Sequence record: PP895363.1
DNA length: 64,000 nucleotides
Strand: one strand, 5' to 3'
Source of the DNA: Klebsiella phage FKP3
Shown one piece after another: positions 28,594 to 37,676 of this stretch. A model generated the notes under the pieces. The model ran no database searches and was not told where the DNA came from. It worked only from the letters and a program-made list of their open reading frames with translations. The translations under genes and the position numbers were made by a program. The first letter of the stretch is position 1. Every line of letters starts with the position of its first letter.

Positions 28594-28950
28594 ATGTTAG
28601 AAGCCAAACTTAATCGACTAAACGCCCTGAACAAAGAAGCACAAGCACTCCGTGCTGAAATTATTGAAGATCTGAAAACCTTTGGCGTGCAAGCTGTATT
28701 TATTGACGTACCACAGAGTGAAGTATGTGACTGGCGTGACTTGCGTGAAGGTGATACCCTGTACGTAGACATTACCAGCGGCCCTCGTTTCAAAGGGACT
28801 GCTACGGTAGCTTATGTAGAGCCTGCCGAGTACCGTGGGGATTGCCCTGTAAAAATCCAATACAAAGGTGCTTATGGTCTCATGGTGTGGGATTGGATCG
28901 ATGTAACCGAAGATGACTGGTCTTTCGTATCTCGTAACCCCGAGGTATAA
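28594..28950 (+). CDS. hypothetical protein (start after AGGAGG RBS)
   Basis: in frame with track ORF 28561..28950. Confidence 0.5.
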   Translation: MLEAKLNRLNALNKEAQALRAEIIEDLKTFGVQAVFIDVPQSEVCDWRDLREGDTLYVDITSGPRFKGTATVAYVEPAEYRGDCPVKIQYKGAYGLMVWDWIDVTEDDWSFVSRNPEV

Positions 28951-28961
28951 AGGAGAAAATA

Positions 28962-29267
28962 ATGTCCAAAACTATTGAAGTTGGCGAAGTTGTTTTCTTC
29001 ATGGGTAAAGTTAGTCCGTGGTTCTGGCATAAGGGCGAAGTCAGCAAAATTGACGAAAATAAAGGTTGCAAGATTGGTAAAGTCTGGTATGATAAAAGCT
29101 GTATCTTGAAAGATGCCCCTAACTTAGCAGCACATCTACTCGCACAGAACATTGAAAAGAGCATGATGATGTGTAAAGGGCAAGTACAGCATGAAGGTGA
29201 ACACCTCGAAACGTACCTGACACGCATCCGAGCACAAAAGGCTGAATTAGAAGGAGAGAAAGAATGA
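28962..29267 (+). CDS. hypothetical protein
   Basis: ORF 101 aa. Confidence 0.45.
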   Translation: MSKTIEVGEVVFFMGKVSPWFWHKGEVSKIDENKGCKIGKVWYDKSCILKDAPNLAAHLLAQNIEKSMMMCKGQVQHEGEHLETYLTRIRAQKAELEGEKE

Positions 29268-29698
29268 GTATTGTAACTCAAATGAAAGCAGATCGTATTC
29301 TGGCACGCACCACAGATAAAGGTGCATTTGCCTTGTTAACTAACATTATCGGTGAGTTTGATCTCGCTCGTACTCAGAAAGCAAATCTGGGTAAATCTGA
29401 AGACGACATTATGATTGGTATCGTTAAACTAGGTATTGCTCATGCAAAAGAAGAACTTGAATCCCTGAAAGTTGTGTCGGCACCGCAAGTTCGTATTGAA
29501 CGTGCAGAGCGCGATATTATTGTACTGGAAAATTACCTGCCGGAAATGCTGGACGAAGAAACATTGCGTGAAATTGCTGAAGCAATGCGTGTGCAGGGTC
29601 GTAAGATGCCAGATATGATGAAACACTTACGTACTGTCTTCCCTAATCAGTATGATGGTAAACTGGCATCTAGTATTGCTAAGGAGATCTTAGGATGA
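29264..29698 (+). CDS. GatB/YqeY-domain protein
   Basis: IVLENYLPEMLDEETLREIAEAMRVQGRKMPDMMKHL resembles the YqeY core (ILEVYLPEQLSEEELR...KADMGKVMG). Confidence 0.6.
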   Translation: MSIVTQMKADRILARTTDKGAFALLTNIIGEFDLARTQKANLGKSEDDIMIGIVKLGIAHAKEELESLKVVSAPQVRIERAERDIIVLENYLPEMLDEETLREIAEAMRVQGRKMPDMMKHLRTVFPNQYDGKLASSIAKEILG

Positions 29699-29988
29699 AT
29701 ATTTTTAAAATCTGTTTTTCCGACGAGAGCATAGAAGAAGATAAAATTCAGGAAGTTATTGACGAATTGCATCTTCTGGGTTCAACTTTCTGGGATGATG
29801 CTGAAGACTACATGTTCTTTGCCGGATTGGGTGGTTATAGTTGGCTTGAAATGGATGGGGATAAATTTGATTTAAATGGTAATGGTTTGAAACCAGGCGG
29901 CAGAGAAGTAGTTGACTTTGATGTTTGGTACGAAGAAGCCATGAAAACACTAAAAGGAGAACATAATGACCATTCCAGTAAGTATTAA
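29695..29988 (+). CDS. hypothetical protein
   Basis: ORF 97 aa. Confidence 0.4.
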   Translation: MNIFKICFSDESIEEDKIQEVIDELHLLGSTFWDDAEDYMFFAGLGGYSWLEMDGDKFDLNGNGLKPGGREVVDFDVWYEEAMKTLKGEHNDHSSKY

Positions 29989-30919
29989 TGCCTCGAAGAT
30001 TGATGTGCTGGCATATGCCCGTAGTGTAAATAAAGAAGACGCTTTTTTCGAAGCTTTGGCTAAAGTTTTTTCTGGTAATGGGGAGGACTTGTACAGCGTA
30101 GCAGATGTTCGTTCTATGTTCATTACCAACGATAATGGACGAGAGCCTCCATTTTCTCATATCTTCTTTGATAGTAAAGGTATTATGGATGGTGCAGACT
30201 TAGGAACTATTCAGAAATGGGATATGCAAACAAAAACTATTACAGGACAGGAGATGTTTGAAGTTATTATGAATAAAGTAAAACCAACAATTCACAATGC
30301 GGCTTTCTTGACAAAAAATGTAGACATTGCTAAAATCCAAGCTTTGATTGATGTCTGCCATAAACACGGTAAGACTTTCTGGGGGAGCGCAGAATATTTT
30401 ATGCGTTTTATTCTTAACCATGAGGATAAACACGTCACCTTCTTCTCTGATGAGTGTGGTCTTAATGGAGACAGCGCTGGACTTACTGGAAATCAAGTGT
30501 TAGTGAGCTATGAGGAATTTTTAAAATTGCTTAAAGAACACTATGATGTTACAGAGCAGGCTACTGCAAAAAACCCGCGCCCACGTTATCGTAAACGTAA
30601 TCGTCAAAAACCTACTGTTGCTAAGACAATTGTACGGGTGCTGTACACCACACAGCAGGTTTATACGTTCAAGAATGTTCGTAGTGTGCAGATCATTGAT
30701 GATAAGGTGTATATCCAATATGAGCGGGATATCACAGAAGGCATCAAAGAGAGCATTGAGTCGGAAATCAACTCCGATCTGGTGATGGCAGTGGTGATCC
30801 ACGAAGTGGGTAATCGCTCCAACTTCTTCCGCAACATTGACGGTACTTGGGACTTCCAAGCCGAAGATGGTACGGTGATCAACAGCGGTAAACAACTCGG
30901 TCGTGTTTTTAAAAAATAA
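29966..30919 (+). CDS. hypothetical protein
   Basis: ORF 317 aa, AAGGAGAA RBS. Confidence 0.5.
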   Translation: MTIPVSINASKIDVLAYARSVNKEDAFFEALAKVFSGNGEDLYSVADVRSMFITNDNGREPPFSHIFFDSKGIMDGADLGTIQKWDMQTKTITGQEMFEVIMNKVKPTIHNAAFLTKNVDIAKIQALIDVCHKHGKTFWGSAEYFMRFILNHEDKHVTFFSDECGLNGDSAGLTGNQVLVSYEEFLKLLKEHYDVTEQATAKNPRPRYRKRNRQKPTVAKTIVRVLYTTQQVYTFKNVRSVQIIDDKVYIQYERDITEGIKESIESEINSDLVMAVVIHEVGNRSNFFRNIDGTWDFQAEDGTVINSGKQLGRVFKK

Positions 30920-30986
30920 GGGTTGATTTTCATAGGAGAGGTTGATATACTTCTCCTACACTTTAAAGAGAAAGAAGGAGAAATAC

Positions 30987-32147
30987 ATGTTCACACAATT
31001 TGGTAGTCAAATCTTCCTGCGTCAGAAGTCTGGTATTGATATCGACGTAATCCCAGCGGGTACTTATGGTATTGGTGTTACCCAGCATGGCGAGTGGTTC
31101 CTTTACCCTAAAAACGATATGGAAGTACCAAGTGTAACCTACGGTGATACCGACGATAAATCTGATCGTATTATCAAAACGTTCCTGAGCCGTCAAGGTA
31201 AGAACACTGGTATCCTTCTTGAAGGTACTAAAGGCAGCGGTAAAACTCTGCAAGCAAAAATGCTCTCTGTAGCGCTGCGTAAGATCGGTATCCCTACCAT
31301 CTCCATCGGTAGCCCGTTCAACGGTGAAGATTTTATCAACTTCATGTCTAAGATCAAGCAACCAGTTATGGTGATGGTTGATGAATTTGATAAGCTGTAT
31401 GCCGAGAAAGAGCATCAGGACGGTCTGCTTACTCTGTTGGATGGTGTAGGTGGCTATAACAAACTGTTCGTTCTGACTAAGAACGATGGTTATGTGTCTG
31501 AATTTCTGCGTAACCGACCAAGCCGTATCTTCTATAGCTTCAGCTATAAGAAACTGCCTAAGTCCACGCTGGATGATTACTTAGCTAAAAACTTGGAAAA
31601 CAAAGCGTTCGTGGGTGACTTTGAAACCCTGTACAACCTGTCCTCTGATCTGAACTTCGACGTTGTTCAGTCCCTGGTTGAAGAACTGAATCGTTATCCT
31701 GACGATAAATTTACCGATGCACTGAACCTGATGGGTATTACCATCAATGATGGCGGTACTCGTTCTGCGAAGGAAATTGTAACCTTCAAGGTGAACGGTG
31801 TTGAGCGTAAGGATGACATTACGGACGAGTACGAACTTTACGAGCTGGCTCCGCAGCGTCTGTTCGCTGGCCGCACGTTTGACTTCCGTGTTAAACACCA
31901 CAAAGGTAAGGCGCGTCTGCCGGAAATGGAAAACATTACTCTCGATATCTACGATGACGAGACGGAAGATTGGCACTGGGATTCTGACCTGTTCACCATC
32001 TCTTACAACGAGCAAAATGTTAAGAGCATGGGCGTAGATGGCTTCCACTTCATGTTCAAAGAAGGTGAGAATGTCATCGAACTGGTTATTAAAACAAAAG
32101 AGCAGAAAAGCTACACTGACTACGCTTTTCAGGGTCGTAGCTACTAA
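30987..32147 (+). CDS. AAA-family ATPase (paralog of 13069..14193)
   Basis: GTKGSGKT Walker A, MVDEFD Walker B; colinear similarity to minus-strand paralog; start moved to ATG after AAGGAG. Confidence 0.65.
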   Translation: MFTQFGSQIFLRQKSGIDIDVIPAGTYGIGVTQHGEWFLYPKNDMEVPSVTYGDTDDKSDRIIKTFLSRQGKNTGILLEGTKGSGKTLQAKMLSVALRKIGIPTISIGSPFNGEDFINFMSKIKQPVMVMVDEFDKLYAEKEHQDGLLTLLDGVGGYNKLFVLTKNDGYVSEFLRNRPSRIFYSFSYKKLPKSTLDDYLAKNLENKAFVGDFETLYNLSSDLNFDVVQSLVEELNRYPDDKFTDALNLMGITINDGGTRSAKEIVTFKVNGVERKDDITDEYELYELAPQRLFAGRTFDFRVKHHKGKARLPEMENITLDIYDDETEDWHWDSDLFTISYNEQNVKSMGVDGFHFMFKEGENVIELVIKTKEQKSYTDYAFQGRSY

Positions 32148-32164
32148 GCTGAAGTAATTGACAA

Positions 32165-32186
32165 GGGGCGAAAGCCCCTTTGTTGT
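32165..32186 (+). terminator. GGGGC-GAAA-GCCCC hairpin + T-run
   Basis: GNRA tetraloop hairpin followed by tttgttgttt. Confidence 0.55.
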
Positions 32187-32197
32187 TTGGAGGATTT

Positions 32198-32389
32198 ATG
32201 ATTCAATTTTATTTTTATAAAGACCAGATTGATAGCGCAAAAGGTTTGGTAGAAAGCAGTGATCGAGATACTCGTGAAATGCTTGGTACACTAGTAGAAA
32301 TTCTACAAAGAAAGGAGTTGCTTTCTGATAGAGATATCGCTAATATTGTTGGTATTGAACCAGACGAATTAGAACGCTCACCTTTTTAA
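32198..32389 (+). CDS. hypothetical protein
   Basis: ORF with GGAGG RBS. Confidence 0.4.
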   Translation: MIQFYFYKDQIDSAKGLVESSDRDTREMLGTLVEILQRKELLSDRDIANIVGIEPDELERSPF

Positions 32390-32399
32390 GGAGAAAACA

Positions 32400-33005
32400 A
32401 TGCAACATAGACTGATCGCAAACCTACCACGAGCCAACGATGAACCTCTTGGTGTTCCTGTGGATAAAGTATGGAAAGCACATTTTCATCTTACATTAGC
32501 AGACGTAAGTAGTGAGCAACTCACGGAAGCAGCAAAACTGATTGGTGCAAAATGTACTACAATTGATCTGCACCGTGATACACAATCACAGCGTGACCGT
32601 ATGCTAACTAAGTACCAGGCAGGTATCGAAACAGGTCTTATGTTGGATTGTGTAGCAAAACTGCAAGCCGCTGGATTCAAAGTTGTACGCTATAAACTGG
32701 AACAGATGTTCCGACACATTGCTTGTGTAATGTTCATGGATTTGAGCAAAGAGCATTATGGAGAAGTTCATATCAAGACACCTGCAAGTGCGCCGGAGAT
32801 TGACACTGGCTTCTTCCGTGTATCTTCCAATGCCGAAGAGGTGGATTATCGCTTCTATAATGCTCGTCTATATTCCGCAGAAGATAAGTTGCGTTTCAAT
32901 GAGGCGTATGGTATGCTTCTGGAAAGTGGAATTGAAATGAAAAGCTATCACGTAGAACAAGTGATAGTGGACAGCAACTTAAACCTTGACGCATGGTGGG
33001 CTTAA
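32400..33005 (+). CDS. hypothetical protein
   Basis: ORF 201 aa. Confidence 0.5.
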   Translation: MQHRLIANLPRANDEPLGVPVDKVWKAHFHLTLADVSSEQLTEAAKLIGAKCTTIDLHRDTQSQRDRMLTKYQAGIETGLMLDCVAKLQAAGFKVVRYKLEQMFRHIACVMFMDLSKEHYGEVHIKTPASAPEIDTGFFRVSSNAEEVDYRFYNARLYSAEDKLRFNEAYGMLLESGIEMKSYHVEQVIVDSNLNLDAWWA

Positions 33006-33006
33006 T

Positions 33007-33666
33007 ATGACAATCAAACACATCTCTTTTGACGTATGGAATACTTTGATTACTGCAAATCCTTGGTACAGTGAAATTCGTACTGAAATAATTGCAAAAT
33101 ATGCAAATGTAACTGATCGTGAAGCAGGTACAATGTATAGGAAAGTAAAGAAATATTTAGACCAAAACGCAGAAAAAGGTATTTGTAGTTCTACCTCTAC
33201 TGCTTGGCATGTTTTAGGTAAAACTTTAAACATGGAACTAAAAGCAATTGCTGAGATGCAATATATGTGTGAACAGGCTTTTATTGCTAATCCACCAGAT
33301 TTAAATGGAGACTTAATTGCTCAATTGATGTATCTGAGTTTTAACTATGAATTAAGTATTAAAAGCAATACTAACTTTATCTCAGGTAGAATCTTATCTC
33401 AGACTGTAGACTTTGATAGAATGCCTTGGTGGAGTTTTATGCATTTCTCGGACGAACATCTACTTTGTAAGCCTGACATTTTATTCTTTGCTAAAACTCT
33501 GCTTTCTAGTAAGCTATCTAGCCTAGCAAACTATGAAATTTTGCATATTGGAGACAGTGAAATTTATGATGGGAAGTGTGTTGATTTAGGGTTTAAGTTT
33601 TGTCATATTAAAAACCCACAAGACTTATTAGAGAAACTTGAAAAAGGAGAAATCATTAATGCGTAA
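33007..33666 (+). CDS. HAD-superfamily hydrolase-like protein
   Basis: N-terminal hhhFDVWNTL (motif I with Asp nucleophile, as in DxYGTL haloacid dehalogenases) and IGDSEIYDG (motif IV). Confidence 0.45.
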   Translation: MTIKHISFDVWNTLITANPWYSEIRTEIIAKYANVTDREAGTMYRKVKKYLDQNAEKGICSSTSTAWHVLGKTLNMELKAIAEMQYMCEQAFIANPPDLNGDLIAQLMYLSFNYELSIKSNTNFISGRILSQTVDFDRMPWWSFMHFSDEHLLCKPDILFFAKTLLSSKLSSLANYEILHIGDSEIYDGKCVDLGFKFCHIKNPQDLLEKLEKGEIINA

Positions 33667-34495
33667 TCAAACTCAACACTTTGCCCATACTTTCTCTACC
33701 TTAGAGAATGCCGGTTTCAATGTAGCAGATTATTCGCGGCTGAAATTCGGTAGTAATCAAGCAGCGAAGCGTATGGGGCGCATTCTTGCAGAAAGCTTCT
33801 TTAAAGCCCACTGGAGCCGTCTACTACATAACCAGTTTGTGGTAATACCTTCACCATATAACTACGTTAAAAACGCTGCTACGTTGCTCTCAGAGCATTT
33901 TGTAGATCATCTTAACCATTTGGTAGCTGTGAACAGTAATCATGGCAAAGCTGTGGAGTGGGATATCATTCATCGTAAGGTGAGTTATATCAATGATTAT
34001 GGCTTCCTCAGTAAGGAAGACCGCAAAGCCCTGATTGACGGGGATACTTTCTCGATCAACAAAGATTTCTGGGGAAACAAAAACCTGATCTTCATCGATG
34101 ATGTGAATATTACGGGAACACACGAAGATAAACTTATTGAAATTCTCAATGAAGAAGGAATTACTAATGACACATTCTTCCTCTACTTCGCCAAGTATAA
34201 TGGTACTGAGGCCAACACAGAAGCGGCACTGAATTTCAGTGACATTAACACTATTTCTGCTTTCGTGCAGATGATTAAAGATGAGCCTGATGCTGAGTGT
34301 TTGGTTCGTCCAATCAAATACCTAATGAGCCAGCCAGAAGTGACCTTTAAGGTAGCACTGAGCCAACTTCCACTCTCTTACGTTGAAGCGTTATATTTTG
34401 GTTGTTTGGCTGAGGGTTATAACGGTATCGGGAAGTATGAAGAGAATTTTGAATTCCTAAAACATTTCTTTGAAAGCAACATCTTGAATAAGTAA
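33659..34495 (+). CDS. type I phosphoribosyltransferase (PRTase)-fold protein
   Basis: PRPP-binding signature LIFIDDVNITGTHEDK; overlaps HAD gene end by 8 nt. Confidence 0.6.
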   Translation: MRNQTQHFAHTFSTLENAGFNVADYSRLKFGSNQAAKRMGRILAESFFKAHWSRLLHNQFVVIPSPYNYVKNAATLLSEHFVDHLNHLVAVNSNHGKAVEWDIIHRKVSYINDYGFLSKEDRKALIDGDTFSINKDFWGNKNLIFIDDVNITGTHEDKLIEILNEEGITNDTFFLYFAKYNGTEANTEAALNFSDINTISAFVQMIKDEPDAECLVRPIKYLMSQPEVTFKVALSQLPLSYVEALYFGCLAEGYNGIGKYEENFEFLKHFFESNILNK

Positions 34496-34515
34496 GGAGA
34501 GGTAACGAAAATTAA

Positions 34516-35169
34516 ATGATAAAGGTACATGGCGTAGGTGTTAATGATAGTTTAACGCCTGTCACTAAGAATGCATTTATAGCAGGTAAGTGGAAGCAGG
34601 TGTGGGCTTGCCCCTACTATATGCGATGGAAAGATTTATTACGTAGATGTTATAGTTTACCCGATAATCATAAACATTTTATGGTTTATAAGGACTGCTC
34701 TGTAACACAAGAGTGGCTTATTTTCTCTAATTTCAAGGCTTGGATGAGTGACAAGGATTTAACATTATGCTTAGATAAAGATATTCTTGTGCTAGGAAAT
34801 AAAATTTACTCCCCTACGACTTGTGTTATGATCCCCAATTACGTAAACTGTTTATTAACAGACAGTAGAAAACGTCGTGGCACTTATCCGTTAGGTGTAT
34901 CTTTAAAAAAGAAAAAGAAATCTACAAATACTGACAGGTATCAAGCATATTGCCATACATTAGATAAAGTGGTATACTTGGGCTACCATGATTCTCCTAT
35001 AGAAGCTCATAAAGCTTGGCAAAAACAAAAGATTCTCTCAATAGAGAAGACTATAGAGCAATATGAAAAAGAATCTTATTGTGATAGTAGAGTTGTTGCG
35101 GCATTACAAAGAAGAATTGAAATATTAAACAATGATATTTTGAATGGAAATGAGACAATTAGGATTTAG
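34516..35169 (+). CDS. HNH-type homing endonuclease with AP2-like DNA-binding domain
   Basis: N-terminal Y..W..M..RC motif, LDKDI..GN..P..C nuclease-like region, C-terminal AP2-like GVS..YQAYCH..VYLGYHD. Confidence 0.4.
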   Translation: MIKVHGVGVNDSLTPVTKNAFIAGKWKQVWACPYYMRWKDLLRRCYSLPDNHKHFMVYKDCSVTQEWLIFSNFKAWMSDKDLTLCLDKDILVLGNKIYSPTTCVMIPNYVNCLLTDSRKRRGTYPLGVSLKKKKKSTNTDRYQAYCHTLDKVVYLGYHDSPIEAHKAWQKQKILSIEKTIEQYEKESYCDSRVVAALQRRIEILNNDILNGNETIRI

Positions 35170-35177
35170 GAGGTAGT

Positions 35178-35651
35178 GTGATAAAATACAAAATAGGTGA
35201 CCTATTGTTGGCACATGAGAAAGGGGAAGTGGACACTATAGCACACTGCGCCAACTGCTTTTGTACCTTCGGTGCTGGCATTGCACCAAAAATTAAAGCC
35301 AAATGGCCTGAAGTGTATGCCGCTGATTGTGCAACACAAAAGGGTGATCGCAAGAAACTGGGAACCTTTACTAAAGCTGTCGTGGAAGATGGGGAGTTTA
35401 CTATCTATAACTTATACGGACAGTATGGTTATAGTAAACGTGACTCTGGTATTCGTGACTTAGACTATGACGCTATCTTTGATGCATTGGACGCAATGGG
35501 TGATGATGTAATTGCATGTGGTGGGAAGACAGTAGGACTTCCTCTCATTGGTTGTGGATTAGCTGGCGGAAAGTGGTCTGTAGTTGAAGCTATGATTCAG
35601 GAGACACTCGTCGCCAAAGGTCTAGAAGTTACTATTTTTAAATTAAATTAG
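35178..35651 (+). CDS. macrodomain protein, TARG1/OARD1-like (ADP-ribose removal)
   Basis: GDLL...VDTIAHCANCFCTFGAGIA and GLPLIGCGLAGGKW..VEAMIQE align with the TARG1 motifs (GDLF..DSLAHCISEDCRMGAGIA; LSMPRIGCGLDRLQWENV); GTG start after GGAGG. Confidence 0.65.
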   Translation: MIKYKIGDLLLAHEKGEVDTIAHCANCFCTFGAGIAPKIKAKWPEVYAADCATQKGDRKKLGTFTKAVVEDGEFTIYNLYGQYGYSKRDSGIRDLDYDAIFDALDAMGDDVIACGGKTVGLPLIGCGLAGGKWSVVEAMIQETLVAKGLEVTIFKLN

Positions 35652-35659
35652 GAGAAATT

Positions 35660-35878
35660 ATGGAAATTATTGCTGGGGTTGTAATGTTCTTAGCTATGGT
35701 GGTAGTAGCGTTCTTAATCTGCCTGATACCAACGTGGCTGGTGATGTTGGCGTACAACTATGTTGTCTCGCTCATGGGACATGTTAATTGGGAAGTTCCT
35801 GTAACGTTTTGGAGTGTGGTGTGTGTAGCAGTGATCTTTATCTCTCTTCGCCATATATTTGGAGGAACTCGTAAATGA
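35660..35878 (+). CDS. small membrane protein
   Basis: two TM helices. Confidence 0.45.
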   Translation: MEIIAGVVMFLAMVVVAFLICLIPTWLVMLAYNYVVSLMGHVNWEVPVTFWSVVCVAVIFISLRHIFGGTRK

Positions 35879-36117
35879 AACATATTAAAATCCGTGTTTT
35901 AAAAAGAAATTATGCATCTTTTCGAGATGTTACTGTAGGGAAAGTGTATGCAGCCTTCGTCTTAGACCCTTATGAAAATGTTCCTGAAGCTTATTGGGGT
36001 TATCCTGGGCAAAGAAACGATGATACGGCATCTCTGTGTTTTCGAGATGATGAGGAATATCCTTGTGCGTGTGGATACGATGCCACTGTAAACGAATGTT
36101 TTGAAATAGTAGAATAA
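35875..36117 (+). CDS. hypothetical protein
   Basis: ORF 80 aa. Confidence 0.4.
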   Translation: MKHIKIRVLKRNYASFRDVTVGKVYAAFVLDPYENVPEAYWGYPGQRNDDTASLCFRDDEEYPCACGYDATVNECFEIVE

Positions 36118-36198
36118 AAGCTTGCATTTTATAAAAAAGAGCGTATAGTTAGTTGCATAGAGGGAGAGACTGTCTCTCCCTTCAATAAAGGAGAAAAT

Positions 36199-37251
36199 AT
36201 GAATACTTTCAGCAAATTTTATAAGTGGCCTTCCATCTTTTTTGGAATAGCTTTGATTGCAGGTGCATGGATCGGATATGCAGAAGCGGGGATTACTGGT
36301 TTGATTAACGGGATGGTAGCAGTTGGTATTCTGTGTATTCTTGAAATCTCCCTGTCGTTTGATAACGCTGTACTTAATGCAAAGAAACTCCAAGATATGG
36401 AGCCTAAATGGCGAGACTGGTTTGTTAAGTGGGGTATGCTCATTGCAGTATTTGGTATGCGCTTAGTGTTGCCTATCCTTATTGTGTCTGTTCTAGGCGG
36501 GATGACACCGTGGAAAGCAGTGGATTTAGGTTTACATAATCCGGCAGAATACGCTTCTGTTCTACAAAGTAGTCATCATATTGTAGCAAGTTTCGGTGGT
36601 GCGTTCCTGATGATGGTTGCTCTTGAGTTCTTTTTAGACCATGAGAAAGACAACCACTGGTTCAAATGGATTGAATATCCAATCTCCCACATCGGTAAGA
36701 TTGGTATTGCAGCCGAAGCGGGTATTACAGCAGTTCTGATTCTTCTTGCAAGTCTGGGTGCGCATGACCACGAACGTGTAGTGTTCTGGATCTCTGGTGC
36801 AGCAGGTATTGGTTTGTTCGTAGCAATCCACTTCCTGAAAGAATACCTGGAGTCACATGATGAGAAAGCCTCTGCGGCAGCAGGTGCGGTAGTGAAGTCT
36901 GGTTTAGCTGGTGTGCTCTACCTTGAAGTTCTGGATGCATCCATGTCCTTCGACGGTCTGATTGCAGCATTCGCTATCACTCAATACTTCATCGTGATTA
37001 TGCTTGGTCTGGGCGTTGGTGCGTTCTTTGTGCGAGAAATGACTCTTCATGTTCTGGATTCAGGACATCTGGCAGAGTTCCGCTACTTGGAACACGGTGC
37101 GTTTTACGCAATCTTTGCCCTGGCAAGCATTATGCTCCTAAACTTCTTCTTTGAAGTTCCAGAGGTGGTAACTGGTTTGATGGGTGTAGCATTCTTAGGC
37201 TCTGCGGTGTATCACAGCCACATCCTGAATAAACGTGAAGCGACAGCTTAA
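36199..37251 (+). CDS. TerC-family / DUF475 integral membrane protein
   Basis: two internal repeats each with E(I/V)SLSFDN / LDASMSFDG motifs typical of TerC/DUF475; multiple TM helices. Confidence 0.6.
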   Translation: MNTFSKFYKWPSIFFGIALIAGAWIGYAEAGITGLINGMVAVGILCILEISLSFDNAVLNAKKLQDMEPKWRDWFVKWGMLIAVFGMRLVLPILIVSVLGGMTPWKAVDLGLHNPAEYASVLQSSHHIVASFGGAFLMMVALEFFLDHEKDNHWFKWIEYPISHIGKIGIAAEAGITAVLILLASLGAHDHERVVFWISGAAGIGLFVAIHFLKEYLESHDEKASAAAGAVVKSGLAGVLYLEVLDASMSFDGLIAAFAITQYFIVIMLGLGVGAFFVREMTLHVLDSGHLAEFRYLEHGAFYAIFALASIMLLNFFFEVPEVVTGLMGVAFLGSAVYHSHILNKREATA

Positions 37252-37258
37252 TCAAAAG

Positions 37259-37276
37259 AGCCTCCTTCGGGAGGCT
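37259..37276 (+). terminator. UUCG-tetraloop hairpin (agcctcc-ttcg-ggaggct) + ttctat
   Basis: read directly after stop of TerC-like gene. Confidence 0.45.
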
Positions 37277-37293
37277 TTCTATAGGAGAGAAAC

Positions 37294-37473
37294 ATGTATA
37301 CTTTGATTCTGATTTGGAGCATTGCAGCCAACTCAAACGGAGGTACGGAACATTTAACTGTCCCACACCTCACTTACCAAGAGTGTACGCAGCAAATTCG
37401 TAATTTTGAGGCAGGTAATGATAATCTATATCTGCGCTATAGTCAGTGCATTAATGAAGGAGCACAGCAGTGA
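37294..37473 (+). CDS. small hypothetical protein (59 aa)
   Basis: hand-found, AGGAGAGA RBS. Confidence 0.3.
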   Translation: MYTLILIWSIAANSNGGTEHLTVPHLTYQECTQQIRNFEAGNDNLYLRYSQCINEGAQQ

Positions 37474-37676
37474 AAATCCTGAAAGCAGTGTGGTTTGTGT
37501 TCGAAAGTATTTGTTTCGGTGTAGGTTTATTTATTTTAATTGTAGCATTGACAGCGGTAGTAAGTGGTGGTAGTATTAGCATCAGTAAAGACGAGAAGCC
37601 AGTTTTTTGCTACTCGTTAGATAACAATCAATGTATTAACACTTTAAGCGAGGAAACAAAACATGAACAAAACTAA
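37470..37676 (+). CDS. small membrane protein
   Basis: ORF 68 aa hydrophobic. Confidence 0.4.
   Translation: MKILKAVWFVFESICFGVGLFILIVALTAVVSGGSISISKDEKPVFCYSLDNNQCINTLSEETKHEQN

Noticed and set aside
32158-32186. GGGGCGAAAGCCCC hairpins as riboswitch or ribozyme
   Set aside because: Only a 5-bp stem with a tetraloop, sited directly after stop codons and often with U-tracts. Terminator or processing hairpin is the simpler reading.
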